The notes under the pieces: model-generated
What the model saw: only the letters and a program-made list of their open reading frames with translations
Database searches by the model: none
What the model was told of the DNA's origin: nothing
Program-made: the position numbers and the translations under genes
Part shown: piece by piece, positions 38,414 to 47,842 of the stretch
Layout: every line of letters begins with the position of its first letter
How positions within the stretch are numbered: position 1 is the stretch's first letter
Assembly: GCA_019058315.1 (NCBI GenBank)
Contig: JAHPZH010000008.1
Location: forward strand, 128,001 to 192,000
From: Candidatus Helarchaeota archaeon
GTDB lineage: Archaea; Asgardarchaeota; Lokiarchaeia; Helarchaeales; RDOG01
Reading direction: 5' to 3'
DNA: 64,000 nucleotides

Positions 38414-39751
38414 ATGCCAAAATTATCTATGAAGAAATTTTTGAAACTTATGCCAGAAGAATATCGAGCAGCATATGAACAAGGAATGATTCATAATTAT
38501 ACTATAGAAGTTCCAGAAGTTGTGGAACAGTTTAACTTTGCTCCATCAGTTGTTATTAGTGATACAACTTGTCGCGATGGAGAACAGCAACCAGGGGTTA
38601 TTTTTACTCCCGAGCAAAAAGTGGATATTGTCCAAATGCTAGGGGAAATAGGCGTTAGTTTAATAGAAATAGGTTATCCAGGCGTCAGTGAAGATGAAAT
38701 GAAAGCTTGTAAGATGATTTCTGAAAATGCACCAAAAGCTATTTGTTTTGTTATGGCAAGAGCAAACAAGAGAGATATTGACTCAGCTATGAAAGCAGAT
38801 GCAAAAATGTTAGATTTATTTACTTCTTGTTCAGAGTTTCATATACGCGATAAACTTGGGTTGACACCCGAGTCGAACATTGAAATGTACATGGAAATGC
38901 TTGATTATGCTATTGACCATGGTTTCATGATTGTTTTCGGAATGGAGGACATTTCTCGTAGTAGCCTGGATTATTACGCAGATATAATAGTAAAGGCGAG
39001 AGAACGAGCTGGTTCACATTGGGCAGGAACTGGAATTTCCGATACTACTGGGATATTTACCCCGAAATCCGCTGCATGGTTTTATCTCGAAGCAAAGAAA
39101 AAATTAGCTGAGAGAGGGCATCCAGATTTTGCCCTGGGGATGCATTTCCATAATGATCATGGTCTTGCAGTTGCCAATTCACTAGCGTGCTTAGAGGTGG
39201 GAGCTGGAGCGATACAGGGAACAGTTTTAGGTATCGGTGAACGTTGTGGTAACACTCCAATAGAAGAAGTAATGGTAGCGCTTCGTACATTATATGGCAT
39301 TAAGTTAAGAGTAAAATATGACAAAATCCCAGAATTATGTGAAATGGTATCAAAATATTCTGGAATTCCAATCCCCGTTAATAAACCGATAGTGGGAATG
39401 AATGCTTTTCGCCATGAATCAGGCATCCATGCTCATGGAGTCCTTGCTCATCCGCACATCTATGAAATGATTCCACACGATTTGTTAGGTCGAAAAAGCG
39501 AGTTTGCATTTGGAAAATTCTCTGGACAAGCGGTTGTGCTTGAAGAATGTTTAAAACCGCATGGAATTACACCAAATAAGGAACAACTTCTACAAATTAC
39601 GCTAAAAGTAAAAGCTAAGCATGAAGCAAGAGAAAAGGAAAATCAAAAGAAAAAAGTAGAATTTGTAAAACTTTATCAAGACACTATGAGACAATTGGCA
39701 CTCTCGATGGATGAAGTTATTGAAATTGCAAAAGAAGTAATGGGTAAATAA
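38414..39751 (+). CDS. Homocitrate/isopropylmalate synthase-like DRE-TIM metallolyase, paralog B
   Basis: Same motifs as paralog A. ATG 38414 (MPKLSMKKFLKL) aligns with the paralog A start (MPKIKLEKFLKL). Confidence 0.9.
   Translation: MPKLSMKKFLKLMPEEYRAAYEQGMIHNYTIEVPEVVEQFNFAPSVVISDTTCRDGEQQPGVIFTPEQKVDIVQMLGEIGVSLIEIGYPGVSEDEMKACKMISENAPKAICFVMARANKRDIDSAMKADAKMLDLFTSCSEFHIRDKLGLTPESNIEMYMEMLDYAIDHGFMIVFGMEDISRSSLDYYADIIVKARERAGSHWAGTGISDTTGIFTPKSAAWFYLEAKKKLAERGHPDFALGMHFHNDHGLAVANSLACLEVGAGAIQGTVLGIGERCGNTPIEEVMVALRTLYGIKLRVKYDKIPELCEMVSKYSGIPIPVNKPIVGMNAFRHESGIHAHGVLAHPHIYEMIPHDLLGRKSEFAFGKFSGQAVVLEECLKPHGITPNKEQLLQITLKVKAKHEAREKENQKKKVEFVKLYQDTMRQLALSMDEVIEIAKEVMGK
39443..39526 (+). 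repeat. 84-bp inverted repeat, copy 2
   Basis: cttgctcatccgcacatctatgaaatgattccacacgattt[g/a]ttaggtcgaaaaagcgagtttgcatttggaaaattctctgga. Confidence 0.9.
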
Positions 39752-39805
39752 TACCCTATTTTTTTAATCCTATTTTTTTAATATTTTTTAATTTCATAAT
39801 TATTT

Positions 39806-41053
39806 TTACCATATTCCAAAAATAAAATACGAAACCAAACCCATTACAATTGGTAGCATTAGTGGATTCACAATATTATCTGATAGTTTTATTGGAGGAG
39901 AAAAATAATCAAATATCAGAAATGCGATTGCTCCTATTAAATTTACTACAATGCCAATTATTAATATACTCATAAAAGACAGTTTTTGACCATACCAGAC
40001 CAATCCCACGAGAACATAACTAACAAGCCCCAAAGCAAATGAACTGGTAAATCCTGCTATGCAGCCTTCCCAAGTTTTACTTGATTTTCCACCTTGAATT
40101 TTTCTTTTTCCAACACTAACCCCAACAATTGTTGCAGCAGCATCCCCAAATCCACTCATTGCAATTGTACTCATCGCAATAGGACCAGAGAACAGCACAG
40201 TTGAAAAAAGAAGTCCAAAAACTAAGTAGATATGAGGTCCTAGAACAGAACGTTCCCTTTCTCGATAAACAAATGTTATTTCTTTTATTGGATAGAATCT
40301 ATAATTGTAAATTCGAATAAAATCGGTTACCATCAATAGATTTCCTATAATTACAAAGGCAAAGACGCATATACCTTTTCCTAGCGTGAGTTCAATTCCT
40401 GGGAACCAAACTGTTGGTCCGTATTGGGCTAGATATTGGAGTGGGTGTTCAGTTTCTGTAATATCGATTGGGATAGAAAATATTGATCTATAAAAACTTT
40501 GGAATCCAAGGAAAAAGTAATCATAGACTTGCGCAATTGAGTCATAAACAGCTGTACCTATAAGGTCTCCCACAACCAAATAACAGACTATTACTCCTAT
40601 GACGCAGATATGAAAGGTTTTTCGTGATAATTCCTTATCTAATGGATGTATCTTTTTTCGGTCTTCAGGTTCGTATATACCAACCCATTTTTTACCCCAG
40701 GATTCATAATAATAATATAAAGCAACAAATAAGAAGATAATACCTCCAAAATAAAAAACCATGGAAGAAAAAGGAATTGGAACTGGGAGCGCTACTGCTC
40801 TATACCACGAAATCATTAATTCATGGGCAAAAATCACTTTTAAAGATTGAAGTAAAACTGGTAATGAGACTATAATAAAATATACACCTACCACCACACA
40901 ACTTAAAAAGACTAGAATTGAGGATTGACTTGCGTATCGATTATCTTCCCAATGATCTTTTATAAGTTTATAGATAAATGGGCAAAAAACCAGTAGAAGT
41001 ACTCCAGTAAATAAATTATAGATTCCAAATACTGACATATAAGAACATTCCAT
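39806..41053 (-). CDS. CTP-dependent diacylglycerol/polyprenol (dolichol/phytol) kinase family membrane protein
   Basis: ELSRKTFHI, RERER, GFGDAAATIVG, KTWEG, SDNIVNP; extra N-terminal TMs. Confidence 0.82.
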   Translation of the reverse strand: MECSYMSVFGIYNLFTGVLLLVFCPFIYKLIKDHWEDNRYASQSSILVFLSCVVVGVYFIIVSLPVLLQSLKVIFAHELMISWYRAVALPVPIPFSSMVFYFGGIIFLFVALYYYYESWGKKWVGIYEPEDRKKIHPLDKELSRKTFHICVIGVIVCYLVVGDLIGTAVYDSIAQVYDYFFLGFQSFYRSIFSIPIDITETEHPLQYLAQYGPTVWFPGIELTLGKGICVFAFVIIGNLLMVTDFIRIYNYRFYPIKEITFVYRERERSVLGPHIYLVFGLLFSTVLFSGPIAMSTIAMSGFGDAAATIVGVSVGKRKIQGGKSSKTWEGCIAGFTSSFALGLVSYVLVGLVWYGQKLSFMSILIIGIVVNLIGAIAFLIFDYFSPPIKLSDNIVNPLMLPIVMGLVSYFIFGIW

Positions 41054-41056
41054 TGA

Positions 41057-41314
41057 TTAAATTGGGGGCATTCCAAAAAGCATTGGCCAAACAAAATTCA
41101 AAGTGATTAGGATAGCTATGATAATACCACCTATAGTAGAAATTATATACATTAATTTGTGATATTTTTCATTATAAATCGTTAGAAAGAATATAATTGT
41201 TATTGTAAAGTAAATGATTATAAGCGTTGTTCCCATAATTGTTTCAACTGTATTTTGAAGCTGACCGTAGCCGCTTAAGAAAAAAAATGACCAAAATTCA
41301 ATTTGAAAAGCCAA
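41057..41314 (-). CDS. Small membrane protein
   Basis: AGGAG SD, two TM segments, 3 bp upstream of the kinase gene. Confidence 0.65.
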   Translation of the reverse strand: MAFQIEFWSFFFLSGYGQLQNTVETIMGTTLIIIYFTITIIFFLTIYNEKYHKLMYIISTIGGIIIAILITLNFVWPMLFGMPPI

Positions 41315-41474
41315 TTATAACACTCCTAGAGCCGATAAATCTAATGCTTTAGAATAATCTAACATAAATATTAATTTCAATTTAAACTTTATTTTAAATT
41401 TATAAAATATGATTACAATAAAATTTTAAATTAATTTAATAGAATTAAAAAAAAATTAGAGTAGATATAAGAGG

Positions 41475-41963
41475 TTAATATTCGTATTCCTCAGTAACTT
41501 CAATCGTTCTTTGTTCTTCCATTCCAAGAATACTAATAATAAATTGAAGTATATAGATCGATAAGATAAGGGTGCTATAGAAGGAATCAATAGTATAAAA
41601 AATGTAAGGTAACATAGAAATAAACGCTGCATAATATAAAATCAAAAAAGGAATAAGGATTTTTTTATTCTCACGAAAATCATAATCAACAATTTCAATA
41701 TATTCTAAAAGCAAGTCAAGAATTACGAATGCAATAAATATTAAAGGTATTACTATTGTCCACCAGTAACGTCCAGCTATAATATTGGAAATTAGAACAT
41801 ATCCAGCGGGGATTCCATGTAAAATAACGAAAATTCCAATGATTTCTTGCGCCTTTTCCCAATTTTTAATGCGACAAATCATAACACCTATCATTAATAG
41901 GTTTGTAAGCAGTACAACAATGAAAAATATGAAATCTATAAGAAAATAATCAGGAACTAACAT
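41475..41963 (-). CDS. Hypothetical membrane protein (about 5 TM)
   Basis: Hydrophobic 162-aa ORF. Confidence 0.7.
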   Translation of the reverse strand: MLVPDYFLIDFIFFIVVLLTNLLMIGVMICRIKNWEKAQEIIGIFVILHGIPAGYVLISNIIAGRYWWTIVIPLIFIAFVILDLLLEYIEIVDYDFRENKKILIPFLILYYAAFISMLPYIFYTIDSFYSTLILSIYILQFIISILGMEEQRTIEVTEEYEY

Positions 41964-42259
41964 TTTACTAACCTATAGAATAAAAAAGAAATATATTTTA
42001 ATTTAATTTTTCTTAATAAATATGATACAAACTATCAAATGAATTTAAAGGGGTTTAATAAGTTCTCTATGATTTTTTCAAAACTTTTATGATTTTTATT
42101 ATTTTTTTTCTTCATTTTTTAATAACATCTTTCATTTTATTATCAAATTTAGATTTTTGTTTATTATGAATTTTATTCATGTTTTTATATTAACTCAATG
42201 CAAAAGATAATATACATTTACTCATTCTTTTTATTGAAATAAATCTGGAGCTTTCAAAC

Positions 42260-43285
42260 TTGTCAGAATTATCAGAAGTACGAGATATTGTAGAAACTGT
42301 AGAAATTACCAAAGCTTTTGATGAAAATGTAGCAGTTGATCATGTTAGTTTCAACATTAAAGAAGGCGAGATTTTCGGTTTATTAGGACCCAATGGTGCT
42401 GGTAAAACTACAATGATTAAAATGTTATGTACGTTATTGGTCCCATCTGATGGAATTGCAAAAGTTGGTGGTCATGATGTTATTAAAGAACCATTAAAGG
42501 TCAAAGAAATAATAGGCTATGTTCCTCAAGACATAACAGTTGATGGTTTTTTAACAGGTCGGGAAAATTTAGAGCTACAAGCAGCCTTATATAATATTAA
42601 AGGGGAAGAAAGAGAAAGGAGAATAGACGAGGTTCTGAAATTAGTTCAATTACGTGAAAGAGCAGATGGTCTTGTTAATTATTTTTCCGGTGGTATGAGA
42701 AGGAGATTAGAAATTGCAAGAGGACTTATGGTTGAACCTCAATTATTATTTCTTGATGAGCCTACGCTTGGATTAGATCCAGCATCTAGAAAGGCAGTTT
42801 GGAATCATGTTCAAAAATTACGCAAAAAACAAAAATTAGCAATTCTAATGTCAACCCATTATATGGAAGAAGCAGATAAACTCTGTGACAGAATCGCAAT
42901 TATAGATCGAGGACGATTTATTGCTTTAGATACTCCTACAAATTTAAAAAAGCAAATTGGTGGAACAATTATTGAAATAGAACTTTCCAAGTCTATTAAT
43001 CGAATGAAAAAATTACTTACTCAAAATAACGATTATATAGATAATATAAATCAAATAAATGAAACTACATTACAAATAGAAGTGCAAGATAGTGATACGG
43101 CTCTTCCAAAAATTTTTAAAGTAGCTAGTGGAGCAGATATAGATATTAACCAAGTTAGAATAAGGCAACCTACTCTAGAAGATGTATTCTTACATTATAC
43201 GGGAAAAACTCTTCGTGATGAAGATTTAAATGACCCTTTTTCATTTGTAAGGAGCCAAATTTCTAAACGAATGAGGAGTTTTTAA
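42260..43285 (+). CDS. ABC exporter ATP-binding protein (DrrA-like)
   Basis: GPNGAGKTT, FSGGMRRRLEIA, LFLDEPT.GLDP, STHYMEEAD, PTLEDVFL. Confidence 0.95.
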   Translation: MSELSEVRDIVETVEITKAFDENVAVDHVSFNIKEGEIFGLLGPNGAGKTTMIKMLCTLLVPSDGIAKVGGHDVIKEPLKVKEIIGYVPQDITVDGFLTGRENLELQAALYNIKGEERERRIDEVLKLVQLRERADGLVNYFSGGMRRRLEIARGLMVEPQLLFLDEPTLGLDPASRKAVWNHVQKLRKKQKLAILMSTHYMEEADKLCDRIAIIDRGRFIALDTPTNLKKQIGGTIIEIELSKSINRMKKLLTQNNDYIDNINQINETTLQIEVQDSDTALPKIFKVASGADIDINQVRIRQPTLEDVFLHYTGKTLRDEDLNDPFSFVRSQISKRMRSF

Positions 43286-43307
43286 GGAATTTATTGAGGT
43301 ATTTAAA

Positions 43308-44411
43308 ATGTTAGGATTTGATTGGTCAGGAATTTGGGGTATAACAAGACGAGATATAATAAAATATTTTCGAAATAAAAATCAAATTATCACTTCATTA
43401 TTGATGCCAACCATCTTTATGATTTTTATGCGACAAGGATTTGGCTCAGTAGCGCAAAATCCATTTTTTAATTATGCTAATTATATTGGTGCAGGTATCT
43501 TTTGTATGACATCAGTCATGGGTGGTCTTTTTTTGTCTGGAATGCCCATTCTCTTCGATAAAATGATGGGATTCTCAGATGTTCTAACCGTATCACCTGT
43601 AAATCATAAAAATATCGTCTTTGGTTTTATACTTGCTGGAACTTTGAAAATATTATTTCAAGGTTCAGTGATTTTATTCATAGCTATTTTAACAGGACTT
43701 TATCCTGTGGACAATGGATTGGGAGTTTTTGGAATGATCCTCTCAATATTTCCGATATATTTGATCATTATCATTGCAGCTATGGCATACGCAAGCATAG
43801 GAATTTGTATTGCAGCAAGGTGTGATATGCAAAACTCATTCTTATGGACAACAATCATCCAAATACCATTAGTATTTATAAGCGGGGCAATGTTTCCAGT
43901 TACTGGTTTTCCACCAATTGTAGCTCAAATCGCTACTTTGAATCCATCTACTTTTCTTGCAGATGGAATTCGTATATTTTTAGGAGGAGAAATAGGAAAT
44001 GCTGGAACTTCCAATATAGTTGGAGGTAATGTGTATTTGGGATATCTGATTGATTTAGGTGTGGTTTGTATATTTTTTATCCTAATGATAAATTTAGCTT
44101 TTATAATATACGGGAGAAGTTTAAAAGAAAGTTCGGGTGGATTTACTGGGATGGTTTCCAAACAGATGGAAAAACAAAGAAAAAAAATGATGAAAGGTTT
44201 AGATCCAGAAACTAGGGAAGTAATGAATTTACTATGGAATAAATTTGGAGCCGGAGATATGCCAAAATTATTCATGAAAATGGCAGAGGGTAAAGAGTCT
44301 GAAGTTGAACAAATGTTTGCTGATCGGGGAATTTCAAAGGAAGATGCAAATAGGATTTTCGAAGCGGGTAAGAAAATGATGGAACAAATGGCTTCTGGTA
44401 AGAGGAAATAA
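43308..44411 (+). CDS. ABC-2 type permease with a Met-rich C-terminal soluble extension
   Basis: RRDIIKYFR, PLVFISGAMFPV, LNPSTF..DGIR; tail of about 95 aa. Confidence 0.9.
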   Translation: MLGFDWSGIWGITRRDIIKYFRNKNQIITSLLMPTIFMIFMRQGFGSVAQNPFFNYANYIGAGIFCMTSVMGGLFLSGMPILFDKMMGFSDVLTVSPVNHKNIVFGFILAGTLKILFQGSVILFIAILTGLYPVDNGLGVFGMILSIFPIYLIIIIAAMAYASIGICIAARCDMQNSFLWTTIIQIPLVFISGAMFPVTGFPPIVAQIATLNPSTFLADGIRIFLGGEIGNAGTSNIVGGNVYLGYLIDLGVVCIFFILMINLAFIIYGRSLKESSGGFTGMVSKQMEKQRKKMMKGLDPETREVMNLLWNKFGAGDMPKLFMKMAEGKESEVEQMFADRGISKEDANRIFEAGKKMMEQMASGKRK

Positions 44412-44544
44412 ATTTTACTATTCTTACTTTCTTTTTGTTACTAAATTAATTTATAAAAAAATTTTAAGTGAAAATTAGGACAAACTTAATAAAATCTTAG
44501 TTTCAATCTAAATTCAATTTCTTATTACATTTAAAAGTGATATT

Positions 44545-45699
44545 ATGCCTTATGAAGCAGAAAAACTTTCAAAAATTAGACCTTCAGGTATCAGAAAAAT
44601 TTTTGATTTAGCTCAAGGTATGGAAGGCGTAATTAGTCTTGGACTGGGTGCTCCCGATTTTCAAACTCCCCAATATATTAAGGATGCAATGGTTAAGGCA
44701 CTAAAAGACGGATTCACGTCATATTCACCAAATTTAGGATATTTAGAGCTAAGAGAACAAATAGTGAAAAAATATAAAATAGAATATGATTTGGATTACA
44801 GAAATGATGAAATATGTATAACTTGTGGTGCTGCAGAAGCCTTATTAGATGTATTTTTAGCGTTTGTTAATCCTAAAGAAGAGGTTTTAATTCCAGATCC
44901 AGGATTTTTAACATATCCGGCACAAGTCATCTTGGCAGGGGGAATTCCAAAGCCTTATCCGCTATATGAGAAGAATGATTTTAAAGTTGATGCAAATAAT
45001 CTTAATGAATTAATTACGCCTAAAACTAAAATGTTAGTATTAAATTACCCAAGTAATCCAACTGGGGCGGTTATGGATGAAAAAGAACTTAAAAAAATTG
45101 CAGAAATGGCTGAGGATAATAATTTACTAGTATTTTCGGATGAATGTTATGAAAGACTCATTTATGACGGATTAAAACATACATGTTTAGCCTCTTTAGG
45201 CATTCAAGATAGAACTATTGTTGTGAATTCATTCTCCAAAACTTTTGCTATGACGGGATGGAGAATTGGATATATTGTAGCAAAATTAGAATTAATGAAA
45301 TCAATTTTTAAAACACATCAAATGAATACAGCTTGTGCAAACTCTGCTGCACAAATTGCGGTTTTAGAGGGACTCAAATCATCCCAGGATTTCACAACAG
45401 ATATGGTAAAAGAATTCGATAACAGAAGAAAAATTATTGTTAATGGTTTAAATAAAATTCCAGGAATAAAATGTTTTATGCCTAAGGGAGCATTTTATGC
45501 GTTTCCTAATATAGAAGGTACGGGTATGACCTCTACAGAATTTTCTGAATATTTAATTGAGAAAGTGAAAGTAGCAACTGTTCCTGGCAATGAATTTGGT
45601 GAACATGGAGAAGGTTATTTAAGACTTGCATATACAGTTTCTGGGGAAAAATTGTCTGAAGCTCTCGATAGGATTTCGCAAGCACTTTCGGAAAAATAA
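44545..45699 (+). CDS. Aspartate/aromatic aminotransferase class I/II
   Basis: ISLGLGAPDF, NYPSNPTG, SDECYE, NSFSKTFAMTGWRIG, GAFYAFP, GEGYLRL. Confidence 0.93.
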   Translation: MPYEAEKLSKIRPSGIRKIFDLAQGMEGVISLGLGAPDFQTPQYIKDAMVKALKDGFTSYSPNLGYLELREQIVKKYKIEYDLDYRNDEICITCGAAEALLDVFLAFVNPKEEVLIPDPGFLTYPAQVILAGGIPKPYPLYEKNDFKVDANNLNELITPKTKMLVLNYPSNPTGAVMDEKELKKIAEMAEDNNLLVFSDECYERLIYDGLKHTCLASLGIQDRTIVVNSFSKTFAMTGWRIGYIVAKLELMKSIFKTHQMNTACANSAAQIAVLEGLKSSQDFTTDMVKEFDNRRKIIVNGLNKIPGIKCFMPKGAFYAFPNIEGTGMTSTEFSEYLIEKVKVATVPGNEFGEHGEGYLRLAYTVSGEKLSEALDRISQALSEK

Positions 45700-45703
45700 T
45701 TAA

Positions 45704-47071
45704 TTATAGAAAACATTGATGAATAGCATTAATAGTATTTTTTAATTGGGCCTTTGGCACCAATATTGATATATTTAGACCACCACTAGCTTGGCTGATA
45801 GCTAAAACTTCTATTTTTTTTTCACCTAAAGCAGAAAAAACTTTCCCTAATATACCAGGATTACCCAAACCTTCTCCTATAATAGCAATTTCTGCTACTA
45901 TTTCTGATTTAACTTCAAACCATTTTCTAAAAAAATCATCATTTTTTATTATTTTTGTTGCTCTTTCACACTCTTTTTTATCTACAACAAAAGTTGTATT
46001 AACTTCTGAAGAGGATTGTGAGATCAATGTAACATTAATTTTATTTTCTCCCATTAGTCCAAATAATTTAGCAACAGTTCCTGGAACTTCTACTAAGGCT
46101 TCACTTATTGCAGAAATCATAGCTACTTCATCAATGTAAGCAATTCCCTTTACAGTTGACTTTTTATCGCCATATTTAGTAATTTTAGTATAGTTCTCTT
46201 TGGTTAAATCTTTTATATCTCTGATTTCAAGAGGTATTTCCTTGTATTGAATGTGTTGAATACATGAAGGATGTAATACTTTTACACCATAATAAGAGAT
46301 TTCTTTTGCTTCTTCATAGGATAAATTTTCAATTAATGTTGCAGATGGTTCTATTTTTGTATCTGCGGTCATAATACCAGCTATGGTTTCCCAAAAAATT
46401 ATTTTAGTATTATATTTTTCTCCTTGCAAAGCATCGGCAATAATAGTTGCAGTTAGATCATTTCCTCCAGGTCCTAGGGTCGTGATATGCCCTTCTTTAT
46501 TCCTCCCAATAGAACCAGAAATAATTGGAATTGTATTATTTTCTAAGAAAGGTATAATTATTTCTTGAATCTTTTTAGTTGTTACATCCATTATCGGAAG
46601 TCCATCTTCACCTATAACGATGAAATTATTAGCAGAGATATATTCAACGTTACAATCATGATTTAATAGAAAATTTGATAATATATAAGTAGAAAATAAT
46701 TCCCCAAAAGATATTACAAAGTCAATTTTATAGTTTGAAATTCCAAATTCTTCAATATCCTCTAATTTTTCTTTAATCTTCTCTAAATTATCCTGAAGAA
46801 ATTCTTCTAATAAATGAACTTGATATTCAGAAAAAATAGAATGAATAACTTGATTATGTTTATTCTGAATATTCTGTAAAATTGAACTAACATCTTCATG
46901 TCTTTCAGATTTTAATATAGATTCTCCTAATAACTCAGTAATTTCTGGAAGAGCTGGAATTACAAAGATTAATTTTGAATCTTTATATTGATCAATTATT
47001 TCTAACATTTTATTATATACATTAATGTCTCTCAAACAACTTCTTCCAAATCTCATAATAGTTAAATTCAT
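45704..47071 (-). CDS. Aspartate kinase-like protein with two ACT domains (catalytic motifs degenerate)
   Basis: AK fold: SFGELFS, TTLGPGGNDLTA, GIMTAD, LSYEEAKE..GVKVLHP, ISQSSSE. N-terminus reads MRFGRS instead of MKFGGTS. Confidence 0.85.
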   Translation of the reverse strand: MNLTIMRFGRSCLRDINVYNKMLEIIDQYKDSKLIFVIPALPEITELLGESILKSERHEDVSSILQNIQNKHNQVIHSIFSEYQVHLLEEFLQDNLEKIKEKLEDIEEFGISNYKIDFVISFGELFSTYILSNFLLNHDCNVEYISANNFIVIGEDGLPIMDVTTKKIQEIIIPFLENNTIPIISGSIGRNKEGHITTLGPGGNDLTATIIADALQGEKYNTKIIFWETIAGIMTADTKIEPSATLIENLSYEEAKEISYYGVKVLHPSCIQHIQYKEIPLEIRDIKDLTKENYTKITKYGDKKSTVKGIAYIDEVAMISAISEALVEVPGTVAKLFGLMGENKINVTLISQSSSEVNTTFVVDKKECERATKIIKNDDFFRKWFEVKSEIVAEIAIIGEGLGNPGILGKVFSALGEKKIEVLAISQASGGLNISILVPKAQLKNTINAIHQCFL

Positions 47072-47225
47072 TCAATTTTCCTCCATTTCATCAAAACTTA
47101 ATTATTTTACTTTTAAAATATTATAAATTCAATATTTAAAAATTTATAAGGAATTAAACTTGATCGAAGAATGTGCTATAAATAACCAATTAATAATATA
47201 TGTAATCTTAACGAAAAAGGATACT

Positions 47226-47693
47226 TTAGACTCCAACAATTTTAATTGCTTTGCTCAAGCAGTATACTTCACATACGTCACAAGATGTCTTAGGAGGTTT
47301 TACTCTTCTGCATTCATCAAGATTAATTATCTTTAATTTACCATCCACTACTTTATATAATATTTCTTTATCGCTGAGAGGGCCTCCCTCTGCACACTCT
47401 GCACACAATCTTACATTAACAGGACATGCAGTTACGCAATTACCACAACCAGTACAAAGATCAGGATCTAAAGTTACACCAGAAGGATGCACTTTTCCTA
47501 TTTTACTAAAAATTTCCTTTAATTGTTCCCCACCTTTTTTATATTTTGGCTCTTCCAGTAATGGGCACTCGTCAACTTTTCTTTCTTGGTTTAAAAGCTT
47601 TGTAGCAAATGCCATGCATGTCGCTTCACCACATTTTTTACAATTAGTCTTGGGGAGTAACTTATATATTGTAAACGCGCTTAATTTCGTCAT
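47226..47693 (-). CDS. fwdG: FwdG-like ferredoxin with N-terminal FeS domain (Methanosarcina-type formylmethanofuran dehydrogenase subunit G)
   Basis: IYKLLPKTNCKKCGEATCMAFA..CP, then CTGCGNCVTACPVN..GG..V.DG..INLDECRR..C..C..C..AI. Confidence 0.72.
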   Translation of the reverse strand: MTKLSAFTIYKLLPKTNCKKCGEATCMAFATKLLNQERKVDECPLLEEPKYKKGGEQLKEIFSKIGKVHPSGVTLDPDLCTGCGNCVTACPVNVRLCAECAEGGPLSDKEILYKVVDGKLKIINLDECRRVKPPKTSCDVCEVYCLSKAIKIVGV

Positions 47694-47842
47694 TTTTTCT
47701 CCAATAATACAATTGCTTAAATTAATTAAAATAAGTCGGTCAGTTATTGAATTGTATCAAAATAACTAATTAAATAGATGATTAATTCAAATTGGAAAAA
47801 AAATTAAATTATATAATAATTAAGCAAAATTAAGTGTTGGAA

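Noticed and set aside
47251-47769. 172-aa plus-strand ORF
   Set aside because: Antisense shadow of the fwdG-like gene, which has clear Fe-S motifs. The same applies to the other short ORFs nested in larger genes.
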